NCBI GenBank assembly: GCA_018818885.1
Contig: JAHIRB010000007.1
Location: 18,357 to 82,356, forward strand
DNA length: 64,000 bases
Direction of reading: 5' to 3'
Origin: Patescibacteria group bacterium
GTDB lineage: Bacteria > Patescibacteriota > Patescibacteriia > Buchananbacterales > SURF-54
The notes under the pieces are model-generated. The model made no database searches, was not told the DNA's origin, and saw only the letters and a list, made by a program, of their open reading frames with translations. This document shows, in pieces, positions 36,363 through 46,643 of this stretch (the stretch's first letter is position 1; the number at the start of each line of letters is the position of its first letter). The translations under genes were made by a program, and so were the position numbers.

Positions 36363-38633
36363 AAAACCAAAAATCAAAAAGGACTATCTTTAATCGAAGT
36401 ATTATTTTCGGTTTTTATTTTGGCTATTTTGAGTATAGGAATTTTTTCTCTGTTCCAAATTGCTTTGAATGTTTTAGCAGAAAATAAAGCCAGAGTTGGT
36501 GCAGTTTCGTTAGCCAACGAAAAAATGGAAATTATCAGAAACTTATCATACGAAAATGTTGGTACAGATGGCGGATGGCCATCAGGAGATCTTGAACAAA
36601 CAGAACTTATTACTAAAAACAATATTGAATATACTGTTAATATAGCTATTAATTACGTTGATGATCTTTTTGATGGTGATTGTGACACTGACTTAGATTG
36701 CAATGATTATAAAGACGTTGAAATCGAAGTGCTGTGGACTGGGCATTTGGGTGTGCGTAACGTGATTATGAGAACAGCAGTTGCGCCACGAGGTTTAGAA
36801 ACGATGACTGGCGGAGTTTTAAGAGTGAGTGTATTTGATGCTAATGGTGATCCTGTGGATAACGCACAAGTCCACTTAGTTAATAATATTATTTCTCCAA
36901 CAATTAATACAAATTTTTATACTAATGATAGTGGTCAGGTAATTATTCCTGATCTTGAAGAATCATTAAACACATACCAACTAGATGTAACAAAGATAGT
37001 AGTCCCAGGGGAGACAGAATACAGTATTGATAGGACTTGTGCTATTGATTCTAATTTTGCAGATTGCACAAACGGTAATGCAGACCCAACCAAACCACAC
37101 GCCTCAGTAATCGAAAGTGAAATTACAGAAATTAGTTTTGCCATTGACCTTGTCTCGACTTTAACCATAAGAACAGTTAATCAAACTACGCCTTTGGCAT
37201 GGATAGTTAATACCGGCGACCTTTCAGAAGATCAAGACAACCCAGCCATTACGGTGTGTGATAGTGGCGAATATATTTTTGGTTGGCGAGATGATGATTA
37301 TGGTATAGATAAAATATATAGCCAAAGATACGACGAATATGGTGAAGTGATTTGGGTAGAAGATAAAGCGATTTCAACGGCTTCGAAACAAAACAATATA
37401 GACTTAGCCGTAGATAATGATTGTAATATTTATGCTACTTGGCAAGATGATAGAGACGATAAAGGTAATGAAGATGTGTATTTTGTTAGTTACGATGACA
37501 ACGGAGATGATCGTTGGGACGGCGAAAAAAAGATAGTCACAGAAGCTGAAAGTTCAGATCAAAGCTGGCCAAAAATCACTCTAAACACTGCTAAAGATAG
37601 AGCTTATATTGCATGGGAAGATGAAAGAAATGATAATGGCGATATCTACATTATAAAATATGATATTTCATCAGAAGAAACTCCACTATCAGTAGTAGCA
37701 GAATTCGATCCAGCAATAAAGGTAAATTCTGATTCAATTGGTTCAGCGCAGGAAAAACCAGTGGTAGCTAACGATACAGATGATAATATTTACGTTGTTT
37801 GGGAAGATGATAGAAATTTTAATTATGATATTTATGCTCAAAAATTAAATAGTGATGGAACCAAGTTGTGGTCTGACACAAAAATAAATTCTGATTCTGG
37901 CGCATCTCAAGAAAATCCAGATATCGCACTTGATTCTTCAGACAATTTGTATGTTGTCTGGCAGGATTTTAGAAGTGATAATGATTATGACATTTATATT
38001 CAAAAATACGATAGCTCTGGCAATAGATTGTGGGCATTAGAAGATATTAAAGTAAATTCTGATTCTTCTGACGCATCTCAAGAAAATCCTGTAATAGCAG
38101 TATATGACCCCGGAACACCAGCTGATATTAGAATTTATGTCGTCTGGCAAGATTACAGAAACAGTAACTCTGATATATACATGCAAATTTTTGATTACAA
38201 TGGTAATAAACAATTAGATTATGATCTCAATATTGGAAATGGTAGTGCAGACCAAGAAAATCCAGATATAATAATTTCTCCGATCACTGGGTTTCCAACA
38301 ATAACCTGGCAAGACAACACCAACGGCGATTGGGATATAATAGCAGCGCAATACGGAGACACAATAGAAAACGGTGGTAACGTTGCAAATGTGGCTTTTG
38401 ACATGTCTGGCTCAAAAACTATTGGTGAAGATATAAACGAAGATCCTATCTATAAATATAACAATATTACCCTACAAACTGACGGTACTGGGACTCTAAT
38501 ACTTACAAATATGGAATGGGATACATACACAATTAATCTTGATCCTGACCGCACACTTCTAATGTCAGAACCCCCTATCCCCTTCTTATTAAATCCCAAT
38601 ACTTCGTTAACCGTATTTCTAAATGTTGAATAG
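36360..38633 (+). CDS. giant type IV pilin-like protein: prepilin N-terminus + seven ~45-aa YVVWxDxR...DIYxQK repeats (predicted beta-propeller)
   Basis: leader MKTKNQKG then LSLIEVLFSVFILAIL (class III signal); tandem sequence repeats visible in translation. Confidence 0.7.
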   Translation: MKTKNQKGLSLIEVLFSVFILAILSIGIFSLFQIALNVLAENKARVGAVSLANEKMEIIRNLSYENVGTDGGWPSGDLEQTELITKNNIEYTVNIAINYVDDLFDGDCDTDLDCNDYKDVEIEVLWTGHLGVRNVIMRTAVAPRGLETMTGGVLRVSVFDANGDPVDNAQVHLVNNIISPTINTNFYTNDSGQVIIPDLEESLNTYQLDVTKIVVPGETEYSIDRTCAIDSNFADCTNGNADPTKPHASVIESEITEISFAIDLVSTLTIRTVNQTTPLAWIVNTGDLSEDQDNPAITVCDSGEYIFGWRDDDYGIDKIYSQRYDEYGEVIWVEDKAISTASKQNNIDLAVDNDCNIYATWQDDRDDKGNEDVYFVSYDDNGDDRWDGEKKIVTEAESSDQSWPKITLNTAKDRAYIAWEDERNDNGDIYIIKYDISSEETPLSVVAEFDPAIKVNSDSIGSAQEKPVVANDTDDNIYVVWEDDRNFNYDIYAQKLNSDGTKLWSDTKINSDSGASQENPDIALDSSDNLYVVWQDFRSDNDYDIYIQKYDSSGNRLWALEDIKVNSDSSDASQENPVIAVYDPGTPADIRIYVVWQDYRNSNSDIYMQIFDYNGNKQLDYDLNIGNGSADQENPDIIISPITGFPTITWQDNTNGDWDIIAAQYGDTIENGGNVANVAFDMSGSKTIGEDINEDPIYKYNNITLQTDGTGTLILTNMEWDTYTINLDPDRTLLMSEPPIPFLLNPNTSLTVFLNVE

Positions 38634-39237
38634 AAATAAAACTGGATACACATTGCTTGAAATAATATTTGCCATTTCAATATTTACGCTGGCAATAACA
38701 ATGGTTTCTGCCTATATTGTAACAGGTTATAAAACCAGTAGATTTGCAGAGGAGCAAAATGAATCTATTGAGCACGCACGTAAAGGTATCGAAACAATGA
38801 TCGAGGAAATACGAGAAGCAAGCCCAGCCGAGAATGGAGATTTTGCCATAGCAGAAGCAGATGAACAAAATTTTGTATTTTATAGTGATATTGACGTAGA
38901 TCAACAAACCGAAAAAGTAAGGTACTTTTTAGAAGGATCAGACCTTAAAAAAGGCGTTACACAACCTACAGGTTTCCCAGTAACTTATCCAACAGAAAAC
39001 GAAGTGATAACAATCCTTTCTATGTATGTTAGAAATGATACTGATCCAATTTTTTATTTCTACGATGCTACTTGGGCTGGCACAGATACAAATGATTACC
39101 TTACAACACCAGCTTCTCCTAATCAAGTTAATATTATCAGACTAAACTTAGAAATTAATATTAATCCAGCCATTGCACCTAATCCATTTATTTTAGAATC
39201 ATACGTCAACGTCAGAAACCTTAAAGAAAATCTTTAA
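38623..39237 (+). CDS. type IV pilin / pseudopilin (prepilin-type N-terminal methylation domain)
   Basis: MLNRNKTG then YTLLEIIFAISIFTLAI. Confidence 0.7.
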   Translation: MLNRNKTGYTLLEIIFAISIFTLAITMVSAYIVTGYKTSRFAEEQNESIEHARKGIETMIEEIREASPAENGDFAIAEADEQNFVFYSDIDVDQQTEKVRYFLEGSDLKKGVTQPTGFPVTYPTENEVITILSMYVRNDTDPIFYFYDATWAGTDTNDYLTTPASPNQVNIIRLNLEININPAIAPNPFILESYVNVRNLKENL

Positions 39238-39254
39238 TCAAACAACAAATAATA

Positions 39255-40736
39255 ATGTACAAGTCCCAAAAAAATAAAAACAATAATTGGAAATTGGAAA
39301 TTGGAAATTGGAAATTTCAACAGAAGGGTGCTATACTTATAATGACAATGACCTTTACAGTTGTTTTTTTAATTATTGCTGGAGGTCTTATCGCCCTAAT
39401 AAATCAACAACAAAGATTAAATAGAATTAGAAAAGCTAAAGCACAAGCACTACATCTTGCAGAAGCTGGTGTAAATTATTACCGCTGGCATCTTGCGCAT
39501 GATCCCGATGATTATACCGATGGTACCGCTACTACCTGCAACGAAGAAACGAATCCATGTATTCATGATTATTTGCAAGGTGATACTATGGGTCAATTCT
39601 CATTAACCATTACGCCACCTTCCACTGGTTCAACAGTCGTAACAATTAAATCCACTGGCTGGGTAAATGATTTCGAAGATTATAAAAGAAGAGTTGTCGC
39701 AAAATACGGACTACCATCTTGGGCACGCTATGCTGTAGTTGCTAATGCAGATATGCGTTTTGGTGAAGGTACTATTGTCCATGGTCCATTACATTCTAAT
39801 GGTGGAGTTCGATTTGATGGTATTGCTTATAACGAAATTACTTCTGCCCAGGAAAGCTATAACGATCCAGATCATAGTGGTGGTAATGAGTTCGGAGTTC
39901 ATACACACGTAGACCCTACGGATCCTCTACCGCCCACAACCGTACCCGCTAGATTAGATGTATTTGCAGGAGGAAGAAGTTTTCCCACCCCTTCAATTGA
40001 TTTTAACGCCATTACGGTCGATCTAGCTATGCTAGAAGATGCAGCAGATGATGACGGTCTACATATCAAAAAATCTAATCAAGAAGGCTGGCACATTATA
40101 CTATCTCCAAATGGCACATTAGATTATAGAAAAGTTGATTCATTTGAATACTGTGGTAGTACTCCAACCGGAGGAGATTTAGATTATCAAGGTAATTGGA
40201 CAACCGATGAACCATTTCCCAACAATGGCATAATCTTTGTTTCAGATCATGTCTGGATTGATGGGAGTATAGATGGACACAGACTAACTATTGTAGCTGC
40301 AGAAGATCCACTAGCTTCTGGTGATGCTGATATTTGGATAAATACAAATTTAACATATACAAATTACAACGGAACTGATGCTATTGGCCTCATAGCGCAA
40401 AATGACATTAATATTGGTTTATATAGTGAAGATATTTTAAGAATTGATGGTGCACTTATTGCACAAAATGGACGAGTCGGTCGTTATCATTACTCTTCTT
40501 CGTGCGATCCAATTTATTACGACAGAGATACAATTACAGTTTTTGGTGCGATTGCGACAAATCAAAGATATGGATTTAAGTGGGTTTATGGAGACGGAAC
40601 CAAGGCATCAGGATATACAACCAGAAACCTAGATTTTGACGGTAATTTAACCTATGCTCCCCCACCTCTATTTCCCTCTACTGACACTTACGATTTTATT
40701 TCTTGGGAAGAGGTCTTAATAAACGAAACTTATTAA
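39255..40736 (+). CDS. PilX-like minor pilin / pilus-associated protein
   Basis: QKGAILIMTMTFTVVFLIIAGGL...AEAGVNYY resembles PilX_N domain; 5-prime coding end contains heptamer tract. Confidence 0.5.
   Translation: MYKSQKNKNNNWKLEIGNWKFQQKGAILIMTMTFTVVFLIIAGGLIALINQQQRLNRIRKAKAQALHLAEAGVNYYRWHLAHDPDDYTDGTATTCNEETNPCIHDYLQGDTMGQFSLTITPPSTGSTVVTIKSTGWVNDFEDYKRRVVAKYGLPSWARYAVVANADMRFGEGTIVHGPLHSNGGVRFDGIAYNEITSAQESYNDPDHSGGNEFGVHTHVDPTDPLPPTTVPARLDVFAGGRSFPTPSIDFNAITVDLAMLEDAADDDGLHIKKSNQEGWHIILSPNGTLDYRKVDSFEYCGSTPTGGDLDYQGNWTTDEPFPNNGIIFVSDHVWIDGSIDGHRLTIVAAEDPLASGDADIWINTNLTYTNYNGTDAIGLIAQNDINIGLYSEDILRIDGALIAQNGRVGRYHYSSSCDPIYYDRDTITVFGAIATNQRYGFKWVYGDGTKASGYTTRNLDFDGNLTYAPPPLFPSTDTYDFISWEEVLINETY
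39284..39313. repeat. heptamer microsatellite (aaattgg x4) in 5-prime coding end of PilX-like gene
   Basis: direct inspection; unit length not multiple of 3. Confidence 0.75.
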
Positions 40737-40742
40737 CAAATA

Positions 40743-41798
40743 ATGTTTTCTCCTAACACAACTGCATTTGGTCTAGATATTTCTGACTTTGCAATAAGAC
40801 TAGTTAATCTAAGAAAGACTAGATCAAGTGTTAGCATTGAATCATTTAACGAACTGAAAGTGCCTGCAGGCTATATTGTTGATGGTGAAATCAAGGATGA
40901 AGAAAACGTAACAAAATTACTCAATAAATTACTACTGACTGCTCAAGGTAAAAAATTATTAAAAACTGAAGTTGTTTCTGTGCTACCGGAAACAAAAACC
41001 TTTATTAAAATAATCACTGTTAAAAAAACTGAAAAAAAAGAGCTACCCAAAGCTATCAAGTTGGAACTAAAAAAACATATACCAATTAATATCGAGGAAA
41101 TCTACTTGGATTGGCAAGTAATTTCTGAAAATGAAAAAACTATGAATGTATTAGCTGGTATTGCCCCTAAAGTAATTGTAGATTCATACCTAAATATTCT
41201 AAGAAAAGTTAATTTAATACCACTGGTCTTAGAAATTGAAGCTGCTGCAATTTCGCGTGCCTTAATTGCTGGTGACGATAAAGCTAAGATAATAATTGAT
41301 ATAGGAGCAGCACGAACCGGTTTAATTGTTTATGTCCATAACACGATCGTGCTTACTGTTAGCTTACCTATATCAGGAGAAAAAGTAACACAAGAAATTT
41401 CACAAACATTAAATATTGATTACCAGAAAGCAGAGAAAGCAAAATATGTCTGTGGACTAGATAAAACAAGATGTAAAGGAGCATTAAGGAAAATTCTTTT
41501 TAATTCTATGGATAATCTAGTCTTTGAAATAGATAAGGCAGTTGAATTTTACACAACCCACTTTCCACAAAGTGAAAAAATATCTCAAATTTATCTATGC
41601 GGCGGTGGAGCGTATCTAAAAAAAATTGACAAATATTTATCTCATCGCATAAAAATGGAAGTGATAACTGGCGACCCGCTTAGAACAATCAAAAAAGATA
41701 AACTAAAAGAAATAAAATTTCCTGTGAATCGTTCTCTTTCTTACACAACAGCTATCGGTCTTGCCTTACGTGGAGTTGATAAAAATAATTTATTATGA
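40743..41798 (+). CDS. pilM: type IV pilus assembly protein PilM (actin-like ATPase fold)
   Basis: FGLDISDFAIRLV N-terminus, length 351 aa, position before PilN/O-like genes. Confidence 0.75.
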   Translation: MFSPNTTAFGLDISDFAIRLVNLRKTRSSVSIESFNELKVPAGYIVDGEIKDEENVTKLLNKLLLTAQGKKLLKTEVVSVLPETKTFIKIITVKKTEKKELPKAIKLELKKHIPINIEEIYLDWQVISENEKTMNVLAGIAPKVIVDSYLNILRKVNLIPLVLEIEAAAISRALIAGDDKAKIIIDIGAARTGLIVYVHNTIVLTVSLPISGEKVTQEISQTLNIDYQKAEKAKYVCGLDKTRCKGALRKILFNSMDNLVFEIDKAVEFYTTHFPQSEKISQIYLCGGGAYLKKIDKYLSHRIKMEVITGDPLRTIKKDKLKEIKFPVNRSLSYTTAIGLALRGVDKNNLL

Positions 41799-42334
41799 TT
41801 ACTCTTAATTTAATATCACCAGTACAAAAAAAAGAATTGAAGTTGATTCGTGCTTTTTTGATATTAAAAAACGTAATAATATATTTACTACTTTTCTTAA
41901 TCCTAACAGCAATTATTCTTCTTTTCTCTAAGCTTATTCTTCAAAATAATTTTAATCGTGTTATTGCAGAATTTAATCTTAATAATCAAACAGGGACTAT
42001 TTTCACCCAAGACATCAAACAATTTAACCAAAAAATAAAAGTTATAGAATCTGTACAAAACAGTTACATCTCCTGGTCCGAACCAATTGTTTATTGGTTA
42101 AATTTAATGCCAAAAAACGTTGTCCTTAACTCATTAATTATTAATAAAGAAAAACAAATTATACAAATTTCTGGCAGAGCTTTGAATAGAGCTGCACTAC
42201 TTGAGATGGAACAAGCATTAATGCAAGCAGAATGCATACAAAATTTATGTATGGAAGAAATTGATATTCCAATTTCACAAAAAATATTAAAAGAAAATAT
42301 TGATTTTCAAGTATCTGCAAAATTAATCATTTAA
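41795..42334 (+). CDS. PilN-like bitopic membrane protein
   Basis: single N-terminal TM plus coiled coil, 4-nt overlap with pilM. Confidence 0.5.
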   Translation: MITLNLISPVQKKELKLIRAFLILKNVIIYLLLFLILTAIILLFSKLILQNNFNRVIAEFNLNNQTGTIFTQDIKQFNQKIKVIESVQNSYISWSEPIVYWLNLMPKNVVLNSLIINKEKQIIQISGRALNRAALLEMEQALMQAECIQNLCMEEIDIPISQKILKENIDFQVSAKLII

Positions 42335-42339
42335 AAATA

Positions 42340-42867
42340 ATGAATATCGTAAAAAAATTTATAATATATTTAGTGATTGTAATCATTATTTATGTGTCAA
42401 TAATATTTTTTGTTATTATCCCAACAACAAGCGACATTCAGGCAATCAGTGACCAAATATATAACGAAAGAATTGACCTTGAAAAAAGATACAAAAAGGG
42501 TCAGTTGATAAAACAACTAGTTGAAGATTTTAGAAAAATTAAACCACAACAAGATCGATTAGAATTAATATTTGTTAAAGAAAGTGAAATTCTTAATTTT
42601 GTAACTAGCTTAGAAAATCTAGCTAATAATAATAATATTGATTTAAGCATAAAGCTTAAAGAAATCGAAAACACTAATAACATAGCTAGCATGCCTTTAG
42701 ACTTAACTATTGGAGGAAGCTATCAGAATGTCATTGCATATTTAAATGATATTGAAAAACAAGATTATTATTTTAGTATAGATAGTATAAGAATTAATAG
42801 TGCCGGGCAAACTGCTGGAATTATCAACTTATTTGTGCATGGCGATATTTTTATTGAATTAGAATAA
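42340..42867 (+). CDS. PilO-like bitopic membrane protein
   Basis: single TM, coiled coil, position. Confidence 0.45.
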   Translation: MNIVKKFIIYLVIVIIIYVSIIFFVIIPTTSDIQAISDQIYNERIDLEKRYKKGQLIKQLVEDFRKIKPQQDRLELIFVKESEILNFVTSLENLANNNNIDLSIKLKEIENTNNIASMPLDLTIGGSYQNVIAYLNDIEKQDYYFSIDSIRINSAGQTAGIINLFVHGDIFIELE

Positions 42868-42872
42868 TAACT

Positions 42873-43202
42873 ATGAAGCTTAATATAAAAAAAATAAAAG
42901 TCGGACTCAACATTAACATTATATACAAGCTAATTTATCCAGTAATGTTGATCGTGATACTTGTTGGAGTAGGTTTTTTAATGATATTTCTTTATAATGA
43001 CATTTACAAAACAATCACACATGCGGAGGAAGTATCAATACTTAGAACTGAGGTTGCACCAGAAGTTTTTCAAATAAAAACTTTCGAAGGTGTTATGGAA
43101 AATCTAGACCAAAAAACTACAAAAGCCTCAATTGATAAATCATTAATAAAAAATGTTTTTACCATTCCTCCTGTCGAAATACTAAAACCAGAAATACAAT
43201 AA
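42873..43202 (+). CDS. hypothetical membrane protein (pilus cluster)
   Basis: 109 aa, one TM. Confidence 0.35.
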   Translation: MKLNIKKIKVGLNINIIYKLIYPVMLIVILVGVGFLMIFLYNDIYKTITHAEEVSILRTEVAPEVFQIKTFEGVMENLDQKTTKASIDKSLIKNVFTIPPVEILKPEIQ

Positions 43203-43255
43203 ATTTATAATATAAAAAAAACAGTGACAAATAAACGGAACTGTTTTTTAAAATA

Positions 43256-44425
43256 CTATTTAATTGGTGACATTTGGCGAAGTCTTTGTATGATCTTTGG
43301 TAATATTCTGATTAATCTATCAACTTCATTCTTAGTGTTCTGCTTTCCCAGTGTGATGCGTAAACTACCATGAGCTAAATCATTTGGTATTTGCATTGAA
43401 GTAAGCACATGTGAAGGCTCCAGCGAACCAGAAGAGCAAGCAGAACCAGTTGATACTGCGAAACCTTCCATATCAAGCATTAACATTACACTTTCTCCTT
43501 CTGCATTTTTGAATGAAAAATTAACATTAGAAGCTACTCTATTTTTTATGTCGCCATTAACTTTAGTGTTTGGAATTTTTTTACTAATTTCTTTAATCAA
43601 ATAATCTCGAAGTTTTTTAATTTTTTGATTATTTTTCTTACCTACTTTGACTAATTCAATAGCTCTTCCTAGCCCAACGATACCTACAACATTATAAGTT
43701 CCTGGACGAATACCTAGTTCGTGATGACCGCCATATTCTATTGGTTTGAGTTTGATATTTTTTTTGATATAAAGTACCCCAACACCTTTTGGTCCATAAA
43801 TTTTATGTCCAGAAATTGATAATAAATCTACACCTAGTTTATTGACATTCATTTCGCAATAGTTGACTGCTTGGACTGCATCAGTATGGAAATATATTCT
43901 ATTTTTTCTTTTAGTATTTAATTGATCAACTAATTTACCTATTTCAGAAATTGGTTGAATGGTACCTACCTCGTTATTTACATACATCACAGAAATTAAT
44001 ATTGTATTGGGTTTAATTGCTCGTTTAATATCATTTACTTTGACTATCCCCTTTTTGGTGACAGGCACATAAGTAACTCCCACACCTTGTTTTTCTAAAT
44101 CTCGGCATACTTCGAGTATTGCGGGGTGTTCAATTTGTGTAGTAACAATATGCGGATTATTTATTTTTGAAGCTTTTACTATCCCCTGCAATGCAATATT
44201 ATCTGCCTCTGTTGCGCCTGAGGTAAAAATAACTTCTTCTGGCAGACAGTTTAGAAACTTAGCTATCGAAAGTCTTGATTGATCAATTGCCTTAGCTGCT
44301 ATCTGACCAAAAGAATGCATAGACGAAGCATTGCCATAATCTTTTGTAAAATATGGTTTCATCGCCTCAAAAACCCATTGGTCTAATGGCGTAGTTGCAG
44401 AATGATCAAAATAAATCTTTGGCAT
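43256..44425 (-). CDS. cysteine desulfurase (NifS/IscS class)
   Basis: PLP lysine motif SGHKIYGPKGVG, SxHK, C-terminal active-site Cys loop. Confidence 0.85.
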   Translation of the reverse strand: MPKIYFDHSATTPLDQWVFEAMKPYFTKDYGNASSMHSFGQIAAKAIDQSRLSIAKFLNCLPEEVIFTSGATEADNIALQGIVKASKINNPHIVTTQIEHPAILEVCRDLEKQGVGVTYVPVTKKGIVKVNDIKRAIKPNTILISVMYVNNEVGTIQPISEIGKLVDQLNTKRKNRIYFHTDAVQAVNYCEMNVNKLGVDLLSISGHKIYGPKGVGVLYIKKNIKLKPIEYGGHHELGIRPGTYNVVGIVGLGRAIELVKVGKKNNQKIKKLRDYLIKEISKKIPNTKVNGDIKNRVASNVNFSFKNAEGESVMLMLDMEGFAVSTGSACSSGSLEPSHVLTSMQIPNDLAHGSLRITLGKQNTKNEVDRLIRILPKIIQRLRQMSPIK

Positions 44426-44428
44426 AAC

Positions 44429-44653
44429 TTAAACTCCAACAACTTCTTTTACGCCTTTAACTTTTTCTTTGAGTACTCTACCGATGCCTTCTTTAAGTGT
44501 CACTTCTGACATCGGGCAATGTGTACATGCTCCTTTAAGCTGTACTTTAACTACTCCTGTTTTTTCGTCTACATCAATTAACTCTACATCGCCTCCATCG
44601 GCTTGTATGGTTGGTCGAATTTCTTCGATCACTTTTATTACTTCATCCTTCAT
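44429..44653 (-). CDS. NifU C-terminal (Nfu-type) Fe-S cluster carrier domain protein
   Basis: GACTHCPMS motif. Confidence 0.65.
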   Translation of the reverse strand: MKDEVIKVIEEIRPTIQADGGDVELIDVDEKTGVVKVQLKGACTHCPMSEVTLKEGIGRVLKEKVKGVKEVVGV

Positions 44654-44680
44654 ATTTTTGTTACTTAGTTAATAGATTAT

Positions 44681-45055
44681 TTAGTTAATGACTTTACTTT
44701 GATAATTATATATTGCCTCAGCTAAAGCTTCGTGCGCTAAAACAGAACAATGGATCTTAGATGTTGGTAAATTTCCAAGTTTTTTGACAATATCAGCTTT
44801 AGAAATATTTTTTGCTTTTTCCAATGGTTGACCTTTTGCCATATCAGTTAGTATGGACGAACATGCTATGGCAGCTGCGCAACCTAACGTCTCAAACTTT
44901 ATATCAATAATTTTATCGTCCTTGACTTTAATGTAAACTTTCATCATGTCACCGCACATTGGATTCCCAGTTTCCCCTACTCCATCAGCATTTTTAATAA
45001 CTCCCTGGTTGTGAGGATTTTTAAAATGATCCATTACAATTTTTGAATATTGCAT
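44681..45055 (-). CDS. Fe-S cluster scaffold IscU/NifU N-terminal domain
   Basis: three conserved Cys (NPMCGD, GCAAAIAC, HC). Confidence 0.8.
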   Translation of the reverse strand: MQYSKIVMDHFKNPHNQGVIKNADGVGETGNPMCGDMMKVYIKVKDDKIIDIKFETLGCAAAIACSSILTDMAKGQPLEKAKNISKADIVKKLGNLPTSKIHCSVLAHEALAEAIYNYQSKVIN

Positions 45056-45056
45056 A

Positions 45057-45470
45057 TTATTTATATAAATCAGTAAGTTTTGTAGATTCAAGTGATTTCT
45101 TAATACTTTTTTTTACATTTATCCACATATTTTTTGTCAAACAATCCTTTTTAGTGCAACAACGTGCATCAGCATCAGAGACACAATAGAATGGTGCTAA
45201 ACTGCCTTCGGTTGCTTCTATGACATCTGCTGCGGATATCAAATTTGGTTTTTTAGTCAAAATATACCCACCTTTAACACCCTTAGTACTTTTTACTAAG
45301 TTATTTGCTTTTAATTTAGCGATTAATTGTTCTAAATATTCTTTTGAAATCTTTTCTTCTTTTGCTATTTTAGCCAAGGAGATTGGCTCTTTGCCATAGT
45401 GCTTTGCCAAGTTAATCATTGCTTTCAAAGAATATTCAGCTTTAGTAGAAAATTGCATCATAAATACCAA
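45057..45470 (-). CDS. Rrf2-family transcriptional regulator (IscR-like)
   Basis: N-terminal winged helix FSTKAEYSLKAMINLA; three Cys for cluster ligation. Confidence 0.75.
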   Translation of the reverse strand: MVFMMQFSTKAEYSLKAMINLAKHYGKEPISLAKIAKEEKISKEYLEQLIAKLKANNLVKSTKGVKGGYILTKKPNLISAADVIEATEGSLAPFYCVSDADARCCTKKDCLTKNMWINVKKSIKKSLESTKLTDLYK

Positions 45471-45547
45471 GTAGATTACTTGGTATTTATATTAACATAT
45501 ATAAAATTGCTGTCAACCCCACCTCTCGCGAGAGGATGGGTCAAGCT

Positions 45548-46369
45548 CTATGGCCTCTCAACAATTATCATTACTTTTTTGCCTGAGTTCATTTCGTTAT
45601 CGCTCATTCCACCTTCTGCTAATCCATGGTTCCAATTATGTATAGCAGCTAGTAACACATCGTATTTATATTTAAAACCTTCGCCATTTCTGGTTCCAGG
45701 ATCATTAGTTATGAATTCATCTTCATCAAAACCTCTAATCATAAGCATATGAAAGATTGGACCAGGATAATGAAAGTTCGGATTACCTAAAAGCCGTCCT
45801 GCTGCTGGAACAAGAATTAATTTTTCTTGTTGTAAAATTTCTTTAATATTTTTTACAGTTACTTCTGTTGATATTGTTGAATCAAAACCAAAATATTCTT
45901 TAAGAATGGTTTTTGTTTCTAGCGCAGTTAAATCTACATTATATTCTCTTTCTTCTTCCCATGCTACAAGTGCTTGAATTTCACGTTCCATAATAATTGC
46001 GTCTAGCGATTCGCCATTGTAATGCTTTACTGCCATTATCATGGAGGCCTCTTCACAAGCTTCATCATGCAAATAATCCCAAATTGCAAATGGTGCTTGA
46101 GGAACAAAAGTAACATTTTGATCAAAATTATCCAAAATATTTTCTCTTTTTATGTCTTCGATTTGATCTATCTCTTTAATTATTACTACTTCTTTTTTAT
46201 CCTCTATTTCATTTTGCATATCAGTAGGTTCTGTGATTGCATCGTCTATGTCACCTTGAGAGTTTACCACTATATTTTGCTGAATTACATCAATAGAAAG
46301 ATGACTGGCTGCAGAACTTGCACAACCAGTCAAAAATAACAATGCTATGAGCAACAGGATTTTTTTCAT
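45548..46369 (-). CDS. lipoprotein, putative C39-like (papain-fold) peptidase domain
   Basis: lipobox LTGC; conserved Cys/His/Asn-containing segments. Confidence 0.45.
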   Translation of the reverse strand: MKKILLLIALLFLTGCASSAASHLSIDVIQQNIVVNSQGDIDDAITEPTDMQNEIEDKKEVVIIKEIDQIEDIKRENILDNFDQNVTFVPQAPFAIWDYLHDEACEEASMIMAVKHYNGESLDAIIMEREIQALVAWEEEREYNVDLTALETKTILKEYFGFDSTISTEVTVKNIKEILQQEKLILVPAAGRLLGNPNFHYPGPIFHMLMIRGFDEDEFITNDPGTRNGEGFKYKYDVLLAAIHNWNHGLAEGGMSDNEMNSGKKVMIIVERP

Positions 46370-46371
46370 AG

Positions 46372-46608
46372 TTATTCCTTTTCTTCTTTTTGACTTCTCA
46401 ATTCGTTAGACTTTTTTCTGCCTTGTTCAGATATTTCTAAAGTATCCTTAACTTCAGTCATTCCCTCAACAATCTCATCTACAGTAGAATCATCAACGAT
46501 ACGACCAGTTTGTTTCATATCTTTGCCGGTACCATCAACTATTCTTTCGGGTGGTACTATTCTTAATTTTTCGATTCCTCTTCCCATAATATTTCTCCTC
46601 CCTCCCAT
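46372..46608 (-). CDS. small hypothetical protein
   Basis: ORF; ORF-track start overlaps rpmA promoter so internal Met chosen. Confidence 0.3.
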   Translation of the reverse strand: MGGRRNIMGRGIEKLRIVPPERIVDGTGKDMKQTGRIVDDSTVDEIVEGMTEVKDTLEISEQGRKKSNELRSQKEEKE

Positions 46609-46643
46609 AATTAGTTCAATAAATATAACATATTTAAAAATTC

